Shown here: one piece after another, positions 62,840 to 64,000 of the stretch
Numbering within the stretch: position 1 is the stretch's first letter
Layout: each line of letters opens with the position of its first letter
Source: Eledone cirrhosa
Taxonomy: Eukaryota
DNA: 64,000 bases
Direction: 5' to 3'
Assembly: GCA_964016885.1 (NCBI GenBank)
Contig: OZ024742.1
Span: 97,216,001 to 97,280,000 of the forward strand
Program-made: the position numbers and the translations under genes
Notes under the pieces: generated by a model
Database searches by the model: none
The model's input: only the letters and a program-made list of their open reading frames with translations
What the model was told of the DNA's origin: nothing

Positions 62840-64000
62840 TCCGTAGTTATGCTCCCGTTTGTAGCTCCCCCCCCCACCCCTAGTTACGCCATTCTTCTTA
62901 GCCTCCCTGCGCTCGTAGTTATGCCACCCTCTGTAGCCTTCGTCCGCCTGTAGTTACGCATTGTTCTAGCCTCCCTTCGTTCGTAGTTTATTCCACCTTT
63001 TGTAGCCTCCCTCCGGCATTAGTTATGCCAACTTTTGTATCCCCACTCCACCCGTCGTTCTTGCCACCTTCCGTAGCCACCATCCGCCCATAGTTATGAT
63101 ACATGTTCTCGCCTTTCTCCAACCATAGTTATGCCACCTTTTCTAGCCTCACTCTGCCAGTAGGTATGTTACCTTTTCTCGCCTCCCCTCCACCCGTAGT
63201 TATACCACCCTTCCTATCCTCTCTCCGTCCGTAGTTATGCCAATCATTCTAACCTCCCTCCGCCGTAGTTATGCCTTCCTTTGTAGCCTCCCTCCATCCA
63301 TAGTTATGCCTTCCTTTGTAGCCTCCATCCATATTCATGCCTTCCTTTGTAGCCTCCCTCCATCCATAGTTATGCCTTCCTTTGTAGCCTCCCTCCATAT
63401 TCATGCCTTCCTTTGTAGCCTCCCTCCATCCATAGTCATGCCTTCCTTTGTAGCCTCCCTCCATCCATAGTCATGCTTTCCTTTGTAGCCTCCCTCCATC
63501 CATAGTCATACCTTCCTTTGTAACCTCCCTCCATCCATAGTCATACCTTCCTTTGTAGCCTCCCTCCATCCATAGTCATACCTTCCTTTGTAGCCTCCCT
63601 CCATCCATAGTCATACCTTCCTTTGTAGCCTCCCTCCATCCATAGTCATGCCTTCCTTTGTAGCCTCCATCCATCCATAGTCATGCTTTCCTTTGTAGCC
63701 TTCCCCCATCCATAGTCATACCTTCCTTTGTAGCCTCCCTCCATCCATAGTCATGCTTTCCTTTGTAGCCTCCCTCCATCCATAGTCATACCTTCCTTTG
63801 TAGCCTCCCTCCATCCATAGTCATACCTTCCTTTGTAGCCTCCCCCCATCCATAGTCATACCTTCCTTTGTAGCCTCCCTCCATCCATAATCATACCTTC
63901 CTTTGTAGCCTCCCTCCATCCATAGTCATACCTTCCTTTGTAGCCTCCCTCCATCCATAGTCATACCTTCCTTTGTAGCCTCCCTCCATCCATAGTCATA
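62840..64000. repeat. 35-bp minisatellite CCTTCCTTTGTAGCCTCCCTCCATCCATAGTCATA running off the window end
   Basis: Period 35 (e.g. 63511 to 63546); left units degenerate, right units homogeneous. Confidence 0.95.

Noticed and set aside
62840-64000. CRISPR-like periodicity and ORFs 63237-63470 / 63249-63464
   Set aside because: Head-to-tail units without unique spacers, no cas genes, eukaryotic context; ORFs are repeat read-through.

Overview
AT-rich, microsatellite-dense eukaryotic non-coding DNA; the SINE family and repeat content suggest an octopus-like cephalopod (inference). I see no intact host gene, rRNA, tRNA or CRISPR array, and nearly all listed ORFs are microsatellite artefacts or transposon debris. 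The only long genuine ORF (37162-38643, minus) belongs to a 5'-truncated Penelope-like element (PLE; RT C-terminus + GIY-YIG) whose terminal repeat carries a hammerhead ribozyme (HHR). The window also holds many tRNA-derived SINEs, decayed PLE, RTE and Tx1-like retroelements, a Tc1/mariner remnant and a 35-bp minisatellite. The main signal is a set of several sequence-distinct families of small non-coding HHR-bearing elements, mostly inserted in (TA)n tracts and often as tail-out fold-backs. Three look like retrozymes (about 437, 489 and 520-530 bp units copied as one unit plus 11-55 nt). One of them has two arms that are circular permutations of each other, suggesting reverse transcription of a circular RNA. 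One family carries a U3-A8 compensatory HHR core. All structures were folded by eye; activity is untested.
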